Shown in pieces: positions 31,352 through 40,255 of a stretch of DNA of 64,000 bases; position 1 is the stretch's first letter, and the number at the start of each line of letters is the position of its first letter. Location of the stretch: positions 32,001 to 96,000 of the forward strand of contig CBFIDD010000002.1 of the NCBI GenBank assembly GCA_965661285.1, read 5' to 3'. Source of the DNA: Poseidonia sp. GTDB lineage: Archaea > Thermoplasmatota > Poseidoniia > Poseidoniales > Poseidoniaceae. A program made the position numbers and the translations under genes. The notes under the pieces are model-generated. The model had not been told where the DNA came from. It saw only the letters and a program-made list of their open reading frames with translations, and did not search any database.

Positions 31352-31750
31352 GTGTGGGCAAGGCGTACTCGGATTCTTGCCATTGGTGCTCTGCTGACCG
31401 TTGGTTTACTCGCAACCGTACTGCTGCAGTCTCCGGCCCCGACACAAACAGTGGATGAGTTGATGCGCTCACCTTCCGAACACCTCGACCAAGACGTAGC
31501 GGTTCGAGGTGAGGTGATGGATGGAACCATCGACAATTCCACCATGACCTTTGTTTTGGAGGGAGCAACGTCCACGTTGACGGTTCGATTTACCGATGCC
31601 ATGGTATCCAACGGTCTGGATGATAACAGAACCGTCTACGCTGAAGGCGTCTTGCGGTACGAAGACGGATCGTACGTCTTTGATGCCAATGTCATCAAGA
31701 CATCATGCCCCTCAAAATACGAAGAAGCGGCGGAAGACGAGGGCGAATGA
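31352..31750 (+). CDS. ccmE: Cytochrome c maturation heme chaperone CcmE, CxxxY type
   Basis: N-terminal TM, OB-fold VAVRGEVMDGTI..VYAEG, C-terminal KTSCPSKY. Confidence 0.85.
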   Translation: MWARRTRILAIGALLTVGLLATVLLQSPAPTQTVDELMRSPSEHLDQDVAVRGEVMDGTIDNSTMTFVLEGATSTLTVRFTDAMVSNGLDDNRTVYAEGVLRYEDGSYVFDANVIKTSCPSKYEEAAEDEGE

Positions 31751-31762
31751 CGCTGCGTTGGC

Positions 31763-31772
31763 TTCATATAGG
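31763..31772 (+). promoter_or_regulatory. TATA box of SRP RNA (TTCATATAGG)
   Basis: Lies about 15-25 nt upstream of the predicted RNA 5' end; the same 10-mer occurs at 54348-54357. Confidence 0.5.
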
Positions 31773-31786
31773 CTGAGCACCGGCCC

Positions 31787-32078
31787 GTGGATGGGATAGG
31801 TGGGGAGCTCGGCGTACCCTGTATCACAAATCGTCGTTATGGTGGACCGAACGCCTTGGGGCGGCGAAAGCGGCCGTGGGGTTCCCGTAGGCGGACGTTG
31901 ATGTCTCGCCCCCACATGACTCGGGTGTCATGAACCGTCTCCGGAAGGAAACGGTGAGTGAATAACCGGGGGACTAGGTCAGGCCGGGAACGGAGCAGCC
32001 CTACCTGGGGCCATGGGTGCTGTGGGGATTCGGGATGGAGGAAGCTTGCGGATTTGGCCTTGCGAAGCGCACGTCCAC
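31787..32078 (+). ncRNA. ffs: Archaeal signal recognition particle RNA (7S)
   Basis: Helix 8 GGTCAGG-CCG-GGAA-CGG-AGCAGCC (31977-32000); Alu-like 5' part TAGGTGGGGAGCTCGGCGTACCCTGTA; terminal pairing GTGGATG/CGTCCAC; about 290-nt intergenic span. Confidence 0.92.
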
Positions 32079-32094
32079 CCTTGGCACTCCCACC

Positions 32095-32589
32095 TCAAAT
32101 GTCGAAGACAACATCAGCGTACCAGCCCGGGCCTTCGAAATCAGGAACATCTTCCCAGCGACTGACAACCTGTTCGCCACCGCTGACTTCAGCTACAACA
32201 AGGTTGTGGGTTGTCACGGCTTTGATTTCTATTTCCCGTTCAATATGGTTGGCTTCAACCCATGAGACATGGGCCACAGCAAGGAGGCCGTGATCATCGT
32301 GTTCAATCCTTACAAGACCGTCAACATACCACTCCGCATGCACTTCTGCGCGATACAGAATCTCATCCAACCATGCCAAGTAGAGAAAATGCGGGTCTGT
32401 TGGATGGTGTTGCGAACGGACACGCCATTCTCCTGAGTGGCGCACATGTCGATTGATACTTTTGGCGGCGTTCTCGCTCATAAGGTAGGTTTGCACACCG
32501 TGAGCCGCTTCGCTTAACAAACTTGCAAGGTCTTTGGCGTACACACGCATGCCGATATCGGCGGTGGTCGGCCATAACCATGCACTCAT
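32095..32589 (-). CDS. Archease (RtcB tRNA ligase cofactor)
   Basis: TTADIGMRV, WLDEILY, EIKAVTTHNL, VVFDI terminus. Confidence 0.9.
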   Translation of the reverse strand: MSAWLWPTTADIGMRVYAKDLASLLSEAAHGVQTYLMSENAAKSINRHVRHSGEWRVRSQHHPTDPHFLYLAWLDEILYRAEVHAEWYVDGLVRIEHDDHGLLAVAHVSWVEANHIEREIEIKAVTTHNLVVAEVSGGEQVVSRWEDVPDFEGPGWYADVVFDI

Positions 32590-32598
32590 GGATTCACC

Positions 32599-33660
32599 TT
32601 ATCGTTTGGAGACTTGGAGATTCCATACATGCTCACCGACGCGATGAACCAAATCATCTCGGCTCAAGACAAAGGCATCTGTTCGCTCTGCTGCGAGGAT
32701 GCATTCGCAGGCTGCATTGGCAAGCAGAGCCGTGGAATGGACATCCAAGTTTCGAGATAAAGAAAAGGCGATGGCTACGGCGGCGGCGTCAATCAAACCG
32801 ATCATCTGGCGCAGGTCGACCAAACCACACGGTGCATGAACGGTTTCTTCTTCAGCGGAATAGATGGTGACGCCTGCTTCACCTGACAGCACCACAAGAT
32901 GATTCCACTTGTATTGGGCAATCAATTTCTCTGCAGCCTCTGCGCCGGTGCTTGCTCCTACTCTTCGCCTCATCAACTCGAGGCCTTGTGATTGGAATAA
33001 AATCCAGTCCACGCCTTCCGTGCGGTGGAGGCCGGTTAATTTTGGGTCGGCGATGACCGGTATTCCCTGCTCTCTTGCGGCAGCGAACAATACTGCAGCT
33101 CCTTTGTCGGTGATGACGCCCTGACCGTAATCTGATGCGATGAGGGCGGAGGCGCCCTCCAAATCATCGATCGCTTGTTCATACAAGGCTTCGGAGGCTT
33201 CCAAGGGGACGGGGTCGTCCTCTTCGATGTCCCACCGAAGCAAGAGTTGTTCATCGCGAATGAGGCTTTCACGTGATGCGAGCATGCGGGTTTTGACCGT
33301 GGTTGTGCGCTCTTCAACGATGGCGATGCCGTGGGTGGTGACGCCCTCGTTTTCAAGCGATTCAATGATGCTTAACCCCGCTCCATCGTCGCCAACCACG
33401 CCGAAGAGGTGGCTTTCTAACCCCATAGACCTCAACCCTCTGGCAACGTGCGCTGCTGCTCCGACATCTTCCTCCCGTGATGTCTCACGAAGCACCGGGA
33501 CAGGAGCACGGGAATTCAGGTTGTTCGCGTAGCCGTGAATGTAGCAATCCATCATGACATCGCCGATCAAGACAATTTTCGCCGTATCCTCGGAGCGGAG
33601 GTGTCGTTTCAAATCAGAGAGTGTGTCGTGCAATGTTGCTTCTTCATCGGTCATTCCCAT
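32599..33660 (-). CDS. PfkB-family HldE/RfaE kinase-like protein with degenerate active-site signature
   Basis: LIGDVMMDCYIHG, APVPV, GVVGDD, TTVKTR, SDYGQG, ADPK; GAGD is replaced by GLID. Confidence 0.8.
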   Translation of the reverse strand: MGMTDEEATLHDTLSDLKRHLRSEDTAKIVLIGDVMMDCYIHGYANNLNSRAPVPVLRETSREEDVGAAAHVARGLRSMGLESHLFGVVGDDGAGLSIIESLENEGVTTHGIAIVEERTTTVKTRMLASRESLIRDEQLLLRWDIEEDDPVPLEASEALYEQAIDDLEGASALIASDYGQGVITDKGAAVLFAAAREQGIPVIADPKLTGLHRTEGVDWILFQSQGLELMRRRVGASTGAEAAEKLIAQYKWNHLVVLSGEAGVTIYSAEEETVHAPCGLVDLRQMIGLIDAAAVAIAFSLSRNLDVHSTALLANAACECILAAERTDAFVLSRDDLVHRVGEHVWNLQVSKR

Positions 33661-33665
33661 GTGCT

Positions 33666-34628
33666 TCACCTCTGGTGTTCGTCTCTCAAATCTTCCATGA
33701 TTCGTTCGTGCTCTGCTTCGGAAATTCCCAACGTTCCACGCAGTGTTCGCAAGATGGCGTGTTCATCTGCCGTAATGACTCGGTCTTGCATGGCTGTGCG
33801 AACAGCGGCAGCGTAGGTGTGGTATTGTTCGGAAACTACCGGGGTGTTGCGTGCCCGCTCAAGGAGGGTGTTATGGGTAAACTGGTCAATGCCGAAATGA
33901 ACCCGAAAAGTGTTGAGCAGGTCAATTTCCTCTTGGACGATCTCACCATCATCCAGGGCTTGGAGGATCATATCGTAATACACCTCCTCTGGCGGGGGTA
34001 TTTTGAGCGCCTTTCGCGCTTCTGTGGACAAACGGCGCACACGTTCCGGGTGCATGCCGAGGAATTCAACGACCTCGTTGAGCAGGGACTGTTCATCTCT
34101 TGTGATCTTCCCATCCTCCCATGCCCTCGCAAACATTCTCTGAACCAGCTGCTCGCCGTACTGTGCATCGAGGGACGCTACGCCTTCCGGATTTGACACC
34201 GGAGAGACCAGGGCGGATGAATGGAAGTTCATGCCCTCATCAACATGCGACAACAGCTCAAGAATCGGTTGGGGAGATGTCCACAGCGATTGCAATTTGA
34301 CCGTCGTGTCGATATGCTGAACCTGCTTTGCTAGAATCCCGTCCTTGAGGGATTCTGCTCGCTCACGACCGATGGCTGTGAGCGTGTAGACTCGTTTTCG
34401 TTGCTTTCCACCGGGTATGTGCCGTTGGGCCACATCGAGCAGACCGTTTCTTTCCATTCGCTTCAGTGTACGAGGAATGTGTTTGCGTTGAACGTGGACT
34501 GCAGCCGATATCCCGGCTTGCGTCAAAATGGCGGGGGCTTCCCACCCGCCGCTAGGCAATTGTTGGTTGATGAGGTGGAGAAGCGTACGCTCCTCGGTGG
34601 TGAGTGTACCGAGAAACCCATCCACCAT
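33666..34628 (-). CDS. MarR-like winged-helix protein with three TerB-like repeats
   Basis: LTQAGISAAVHVQRKHIPRTLKRME..RVYTLTAIG; repeats DGKITRDE, DGEIVQEE, DRVITADE. Confidence 0.72.
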   Translation of the reverse strand: MVDGFLGTLTTEERTLLHLINQQLPSGGWEAPAILTQAGISAAVHVQRKHIPRTLKRMERNGLLDVAQRHIPGGKQRKRVYTLTAIGRERAESLKDGILAKQVQHIDTTVKLQSLWTSPQPILELLSHVDEGMNFHSSALVSPVSNPEGVASLDAQYGEQLVQRMFARAWEDGKITRDEQSLLNEVVEFLGMHPERVRRLSTEARKALKIPPPEEVYYDMILQALDDGEIVQEEIDLLNTFRVHFGIDQFTHNTLLERARNTPVVSEQYHTYAAAVRTAMQDRVITADEHAILRTLRGTLGISEAEHERIMEDLRDEHQR

Positions 34629-34709
34629 GATGCTGGGGCTGAGAAGGTAGCACATAGGACAATCGGTTTCGTGCGACGGAATCAAAAGCGCAGGAGCCGT
34701 GGGGAAACC

Positions 34710-35792
34710 ATGGCAGGTCGAGAGCGTAACTACACGCCTCGAGCACGCACGACGCGTCCGATTGGTGAGCCTCGAACGTCCAACACCCCTCCGGGAATAC
34801 CTCTCGACTCTCCCACAGAGAAGGATGGATTTTGGTTTATCAGTGAGCCACTTTCGCATCGCTTACACGAGAAAAGTGCACTCGGGCAGCAAACCAAAGG
34901 CGGTATTCTTCTCAGCCCCGAGGAGGTCATGTTTTGCCACTGGTATCGCCACGTACCACTCCCAGGAGGGTCGGCGTGGTTTCATGGTCAACTGATGGAA
35001 GATGACCAAATTGCCAAACGTATCATTGCACTGGATGTTTTGCGAAACGGCGGTGAACGCGTGGTGCCCGTCGTTCATTTGCAACATCGGTTTCCGTCGC
35101 TTCCCAAGAGCACGTGGGCCATTCGCTGGGAGCGGCACGAGCGTTGGATGTCACACGAAGGGTACAGTCAGGTTCGACTGCAACGCACGCACGACCAGCT
35201 GGATTGGAATGAACTCCGTACGTGGGTATTGGACGTTCAAGCCTCTGGCCATGTTGCTGAACTCTGTGTGATTGATGAGGAATTTGACACGACGATTTAC
35301 CATCTTTCCATGGTAGAGCCGTCTGGCTCGCATCACGTTCGGGAGGATTTGGACGAACACGCCCTTTCTCAATTGACCGATTCGTGTCGGCAAGCAACGT
35401 CCGTTGAGGGTGGATATTTTGTTTCACACGATGGTTCTTGGCCGCTACCTGCTATCGGCTTGCCCCATTTTTCCGGTCGCTATCTGCGTGGCGAAGAGTA
35501 CCGGGTGCTCATGGACAGTACAATGCCTGATGACGCTCTCTACCAGGAGTTGGTCGCCCTTGGTCTTCTGCTCCGTCCAGGTTTCAAGTACGGCTGTCGT
35601 TGGCGGGCCTATGAAGATGGCATTGACGTGGCTCACGCCCCTTGGTTGGTTCAACCCTTGAGTGAAGCACCGCAGAACTGGGAAGAGGTCTGCTTAGCGA
35701 TTCGGTTAGCTGAAGGCGTGAACAAGCAGTGGATTTGTGCCCTTGAAAATCAGGCCTCACATTCCTTCATCAACATCCGGCGTTACGGATAA
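34710..35792 (+). CDS. endA: tRNA-intron (splicing) endonuclease
   Basis: C-terminal LLRPGFKYGCRWRAY..HAPWLV..AEGVNK keeps the Tyr/His/Lys triad; N-terminal LSPEE unit. Confidence 0.85.
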   Translation: MAGRERNYTPRARTTRPIGEPRTSNTPPGIPLDSPTEKDGFWFISEPLSHRLHEKSALGQQTKGGILLSPEEVMFCHWYRHVPLPGGSAWFHGQLMEDDQIAKRIIALDVLRNGGERVVPVVHLQHRFPSLPKSTWAIRWERHERWMSHEGYSQVRLQRTHDQLDWNELRTWVLDVQASGHVAELCVIDEEFDTTIYHLSMVEPSGSHHVREDLDEHALSQLTDSCRQATSVEGGYFVSHDGSWPLPAIGLPHFSGRYLRGEEYRVLMDSTMPDDALYQELVALGLLLRPGFKYGCRWRAYEDGIDVAHAPWLVQPLSEAPQNWEEVCLAIRLAEGVNKQWICALENQASHSFINIRRYG

Positions 35793-37877
35793 CGAAGATG
35801 CATCAATGGGTCGCCCCCAAGCATCTGTTTCCACCGGCTTTGCCTCCATTTGCGGAGCTGGAGAGGTCGAATGTTCCCCTGCCTTTTTTGCTGCGGAAGT
35901 CGTACGGGTGAAGACGGACATAAACGCTGACAAGCCTACGATGGTCAGCATCAATCCAACGATTCTGCCGGGTTCAGTCCAGGGTGTCAACCATGTTTCG
36001 TCCGTGCTGGTTGCTTCCAAGGCCACATCAATGGTCCAGACCATGCCCTCCTCTGTCATCAACTTCAGACTGCCATAGACCAACATGTTCTCGGTGAGCA
36101 AACCGTTTGGTTCAATGTCGAGTATGTAGGCCGAATCATCGGCCAACACGATGAACTCATCTCCGGAAGCTACTCTTGAAAGCGGCCCGTCAGTCAAAAC
36201 AGACAAGCGTTGTTCACCGGATCCAACAGAGGAAATCGGAATCTCAAGACGTGTTGGGGTGGAAGGGTGAACCTGGGCCTCAAAGGATGTGGGTTCGGGT
36301 ATTCGCTGCATGATATGAATGTCATAAAGGAGGTCAACGGTACGACCATCACACGAAATGGAGCCTTTAACGGTGACGAAGGAGTTGGCCACGCCTTCTC
36401 GAGAGAACTCCAGCCGATGTCCAGATGCATCGCTCACGAGAAAGACACCCCGTCCATCCGATGAGAGAAGTGAACTTGAGCAATTGTCAACCTTTCCACG
36501 AAGCGTCACGTTCAAACTTTGGTCGAAGAGCAACGTGGCTCCATGGTCGGGCAGGTCCACGTCAAAGGATGGCGTGCATTCCGTAGCGGTGAAGGAGACG
36601 GTGAGATTTTCATCTCCCGATACCGATGCGACCCACGGAACGAGGAAACCATCGTGTGTACGGATCTCCACGCCTTGTGCGCCAAACGTGGTACCGTTGA
36701 GGAAGAGGTCACTTTGCTCGCCTTGATTCGAACCGCGCACGAGGTCGTCTCTCATGTCCGCTTCAATGACCTTCAACCAGGGTTGATTTGGGTTCGTGTT
36801 GACTTCATTACGTTCAAAATCACCAACGCTGAGGTCTTGATACGTCACAAGAAGCCCATGACCGGGCAGCCGACTGTCATAGCCCGAGTCGGCCCGATGT
36901 TCAATGAACACCGATTCTTCGTCAGTGAGGGGAATTTTCAGGATGGTTCCGCCTTGTGTAACGCCATCGAGTTGAATCGATGGACCGATACAAGGAGCGC
37001 TTGCCGTAGCTGGCCATACCAATTCCAGGGTTTCAATCCGTTCGGCCCGCACCAGTTCTGTATTGGCGCCTGTAGGCATGGCAGGCCAGCGTCCGCCGCC
37101 GTTCCAATTTCCGCTGGCCATGATGTCCCAATCCCCGGGACCCTTCCATGGTTGCGAACTGACCTCGTCGTGAACTGGATAAAGGTCAACGGCACCCATC
37201 TGATGCAGCATTTCGTGGATCATGGTTCCGACGCCGCTGGAACCGGTTTGCAAACTCGCCATCGTATAGTGTTCAATCACCAGTCCATCCGGTAAATCGA
37301 GCGGACGTTCAAACTGTGTGAAATGGCTCCATATACGATTCACAATGCCGGGATTCTCCTCCTGTCCTTTCGTACTGTGGAGAACGAGGAAACGGTCAAC
37401 ATGTTGGTCATTGTTGAGGTCAAACATGCTCCAGTTTACTTCACTTCGCACTGCAGCAACGGCCTCCTCTGCGAGCTGTGCTGGTAGAAAACGACCGTCT
37501 GCATCCGTGTCTTTTCCAGCGGCATCTCGCCCGTAATCCTCCATGGCGCTACTGGCCCTTACCACCGTTGGATGAACGGTGACCTGGAGCGACGAAGTGT
37601 TTCCTGACAGTTGCTCAACATAGGGAACAATCGCTTGGTTCAGCAGGTTCTCGGCTTCATCGACCCCCCACCCGTTTCCGGCAGGAGCAGATTCGAAGTC
37701 AACCACAACGATGAGCCACTGCTCGTTGTCTTGAAGCGGCACGAGGGAGATGCTGTCCTCTTGTTCGGTGACAAGTTGCCCCCTCAACCAAGATTCTACG
37801 GTCGCTTCGTTCATGAATGTCCAGGCTGCGGAGGCCAAGAAGACCAGTGCGATGAGCCCCGCAACCGTCCGCCTCAT
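35757..37877 (-). CDS. M6 (immune inhibitor A-like) metalloprotease, membrane anchored
   Basis: IWSH, GTMIHEMLHQMGAVDLY (HExxH), WDIMASGNWNG, signal/TM at both ends. Confidence 0.88.
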   Translation of the reverse strand: MRRTVAGLIALVFLASAAWTFMNEATVESWLRGQLVTEQEDSISLVPLQDNEQWLIVVVDFESAPAGNGWGVDEAENLLNQAIVPYVEQLSGNTSSLQVTVHPTVVRASSAMEDYGRDAAGKDTDADGRFLPAQLAEEAVAAVRSEVNWSMFDLNNDQHVDRFLVLHSTKGQEENPGIVNRIWSHFTQFERPLDLPDGLVIEHYTMASLQTGSSGVGTMIHEMLHQMGAVDLYPVHDEVSSQPWKGPGDWDIMASGNWNGGGRWPAMPTGANTELVRAERIETLELVWPATASAPCIGPSIQLDGVTQGGTILKIPLTDEESVFIEHRADSGYDSRLPGHGLLVTYQDLSVGDFERNEVNTNPNQPWLKVIEADMRDDLVRGSNQGEQSDLFLNGTTFGAQGVEIRTHDGFLVPWVASVSGDENLTVSFTATECTPSFDVDLPDHGATLLFDQSLNVTLRGKVDNCSSSLLSSDGRGVFLVSDASGHRLEFSREGVANSFVTVKGSISCDGRTVDLLYDIHIMQRIPEPTSFEAQVHPSTPTRLEIPISSVGSGEQRLSVLTDGPLSRVASGDEFIVLADDSAYILDIEPNGLLTENMLVYGSLKLMTEEGMVWTIDVALEATSTDETWLTPWTEPGRIVGLMLTIVGLSAFMSVFTRTTSAAKKAGEHSTSPAPQMEAKPVETDAWGRPIDASSLSVTPDVDEGM

Positions 37878-37941
37878 ACCGTGTTCTCGTTGTTTCACCG
37901 TTTGAACCTTGGCCGCTTGTGTTGGGCAACACGGATGTTGT

Positions 37942-39216
37942 TCACAGGGCCGTCGTTTGTACGGGGGGGAGCACGAGCCCTTCCGTAGAATGATTGGTAC
38001 TCCATGTCGGTGGTGTCTCATGCTTGACCACAGGGAGTGTTCGGTGCAGCCACGCCTTCTTCTCGATCAGATTCCTTAACATGTTCTCGTGTAGATGTTG
38101 CGGAAAAAGGGTTGGGAGGGTGAGAAAAGCCGCATGGACATCAAGGTCAGGATGAGGGGAATCGACCCGTATATTTTGGAGGCTCATGAGGTTCAATCCG
38201 TGGACGGTAATGTTGAGGTTCTTCATGTTCCCAAGAAATTGCGATGGGCAGGCCTTGGTGTCGCACCCGGTGATGACGACGTCCGTGATGGCAGACTGCA
38301 GTGCATGTTCAATGAGTCTTGTCCGACTTTCACCATCCGTGCACAAACTCCTCACATCGACGGTTGAACATCCCGGCACGAGGGCGTGTCCATGATGTGT
38401 ATTGGCGCCTTCACAAGAGCAATCGACCATCGCAACTTTTCTGCGGCGTCCTTCGCCGTCCAGACGAACCGATGGCGAGCCGAAAACAGCGACCTCTCGC
38501 AGGTACCAGCGCTGTCCGATGAGTTCACTCGTGGTCCAATACGTGGCCAAAAGTGGCAACAGCAGGGAGGCTGCATGTTCGGGAATGCTCAAGACAAGAA
38601 GGAGGCTTCCAAGGCCATAAATCCTTAACCGCCAGTAATCGGCGGTGTCGGCATTGAGGATGTTGAAAAAACCGAGCAACGCGATGGCGTTCCATGTGGC
38701 AATGAAGACAAAAAAACCCCAAATGCAGAAGGCTGCCACCAACAACATGTCTACAGCGCTGTACTGGGCGGACAATCCTGCCGCTCGATGTTGCTGGAAC
38801 CCGAATTCATACAGCATCGGTAGCCCATCGGCGATGAGCAAGAAGGTCCCACCGCCAAGCACAAAGGTCGTGATGGTGAGCCACCTTTTGAATGCGGTAT
38901 ACTCTGATGGCAGCATGCCGGGCTTTGAAAATTTCAGGAGTTGAACAAGCACCAACGGAAGTGCCGAAAACACGCCGAGGATCACGCACGTAAGCCATCG
39001 AACAGCACTCCACTGAGCAGGGTCGTAGACATTCAAGCAATCACCAACACAAGGTTGGAGCGTTGTGAGAAGAGTGTTCAGTACTTCATCAACGTACATT
39101 GACCAGACCAGTGTGAAGACGGCGACCGTAGCAAAGATGAGGGTCGTGCGCCACGTGAGTTCGTCAAGATGCGACTGGAGCGTTCGTGTGCTGTCGTGCT
39201 CAAGCAGAACCGACAT
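37942..39216 (-). CDS. TatC-like protein fused to a C-terminal Cys-rich domain
   Basis: HLDELTWR and FSKPGMLPSE TatC motifs, about 6 TMs, then DCSC..LC..TGC..AC. Confidence 0.72.
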   Translation of the reverse strand: MSVLLEHDSTRTLQSHLDELTWRTTLIFATVAVFTLVWSMYVDEVLNTLLTTLQPCVGDCLNVYDPAQWSAVRWLTCVILGVFSALPLVLVQLLKFSKPGMLPSEYTAFKRWLTITTFVLGGGTFLLIADGLPMLYEFGFQQHRAAGLSAQYSAVDMLLVAAFCIWGFFVFIATWNAIALLGFFNILNADTADYWRLRIYGLGSLLLVLSIPEHAASLLLPLLATYWTTSELIGQRWYLREVAVFGSPSVRLDGEGRRRKVAMVDCSCEGANTHHGHALVPGCSTVDVRSLCTDGESRTRLIEHALQSAITDVVITGCDTKACPSQFLGNMKNLNITVHGLNLMSLQNIRVDSPHPDLDVHAAFLTLPTLFPQHLHENMLRNLIEKKAWLHRTLPVVKHETPPTWSTNHSTEGLVLPPVQTTAL

Positions 39217-39226
39217 GCCGCTTCAC

Positions 39227-40183
39227 TCACACGAGGTCAGTGTATTGCTTTGGAGCACGTGCTTGGACGATGGTTCGGTAAACGCCGTATATTGCCCAGA
39301 GCGTGAGCATACCGGTGACCAAGGCGTATCCCCATGGTTGGCCGCTGTCAACCATGTAGGCAAAGAGAACCGCCAAACCTGCGGCGAGGACACCACGGCG
39401 TAGGCCTTGAGGAACGGCGAGGCTCTTGTCGAGGTGGGTGGGGCCACCACCAAACCGTCGTTCGTAGAATTCTCCCTGGATGACGGCTGCGACGATGATG
39501 AGCGACAACGTTGTCCAGTAGTAGAGGTTCCCGTTGGTGAAGAAATCGTCTGCAATTCCTTCTTGACGCTCGGCTTCAATCGCTTCGGGGTCTTCTTCTG
39601 CTACGAAGAGGGACTCATAATCGCCAACGCTGATGGTTCGCAGTGATACATCCTCATCCGTAGCGATTTCTGTTGCGCCGGGTGCGCTCACGGTGAAGGT
39701 GAGGATGTTCCATTTGTCGCCCTCGTCGAAATTGCCGTTGCCGTTCACGGCGTTGCCAACGAGTTGGAAGTTTGCCGGTCCAGCATCCTCATCGGGGGCC
39801 GTCCACTGAACGACCCAGTCGTTGCCGGGTTCCGATTGTGAAAGCGCTCCTGGCTTGTCGGGAACGGTCTGACTCCCTTCACCGGCAATGAGCGTGCCGA
39901 TGTCCCCGTCCCAGAACAGGAATCCACCGCCGTCGTTTGATGCGTGTTGCAGACTGATCACGAATTCATATGTCTCGCTAAGGTTGTAAGCACGAGGAAC
40001 GCCGGATACCGAAACCACAACTTCGGTTGATGGCGCACCACCGCCGTGGCAGGTACATCCTGTTTCGATGACCAGGTTTCCACCGTTGTCCCAAGGTGGA
40101 CCGTTGGGGTTCCCAAGGACGGGAGCGACCAGCATCAAAGAGAGAACAACCATCAACGAAAAGTTACGGAAGTTGCGTCGCAT
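39227..40183 (-). CDS. Reeler / choice-of-anchor V-like secreted protein with CxCH and C-terminal TMs
   Basis: Signal MRRNF..; GCTCHGG; WVVQWTAP..GNAVNGNG..D.W; 3 C-terminal TMs. Confidence 0.7.
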   Translation of the reverse strand: MRRNFRNFSLMVVLSLMLVAPVLGNPNGPPWDNGGNLVIETGCTCHGGGAPSTEVVVSVSGVPRAYNLSETYEFVISLQHASNDGGGFLFWDGDIGTLIAGEGSQTVPDKPGALSQSEPGNDWVVQWTAPDEDAGPANFQLVGNAVNGNGNFDEGDKWNILTFTVSAPGATEIATDEDVSLRTISVGDYESLFVAEEDPEAIEAERQEGIADDFFTNGNLYYWTTLSLIIVAAVIQGEFYERRFGGGPTHLDKSLAVPQGLRRGVLAAGLAVLFAYMVDSGQPWGYALVTGMLTLWAIYGVYRTIVQARAPKQYTDLV

Positions 40184-40255
40184 GAACTCACCTGTCTTTT
40201 TCCACCAGCCCCCGCTCTTTGAATGTTGCTTCAAATTGCGGAATCAAGGCCTGGT

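Noticed and set aside
31751-32094. Short ORFs or RNase P RNA in this gap
   Set aside because: The SRP helix 8 and Alu motifs explain the region; RNase P consensus motifs were not seen.
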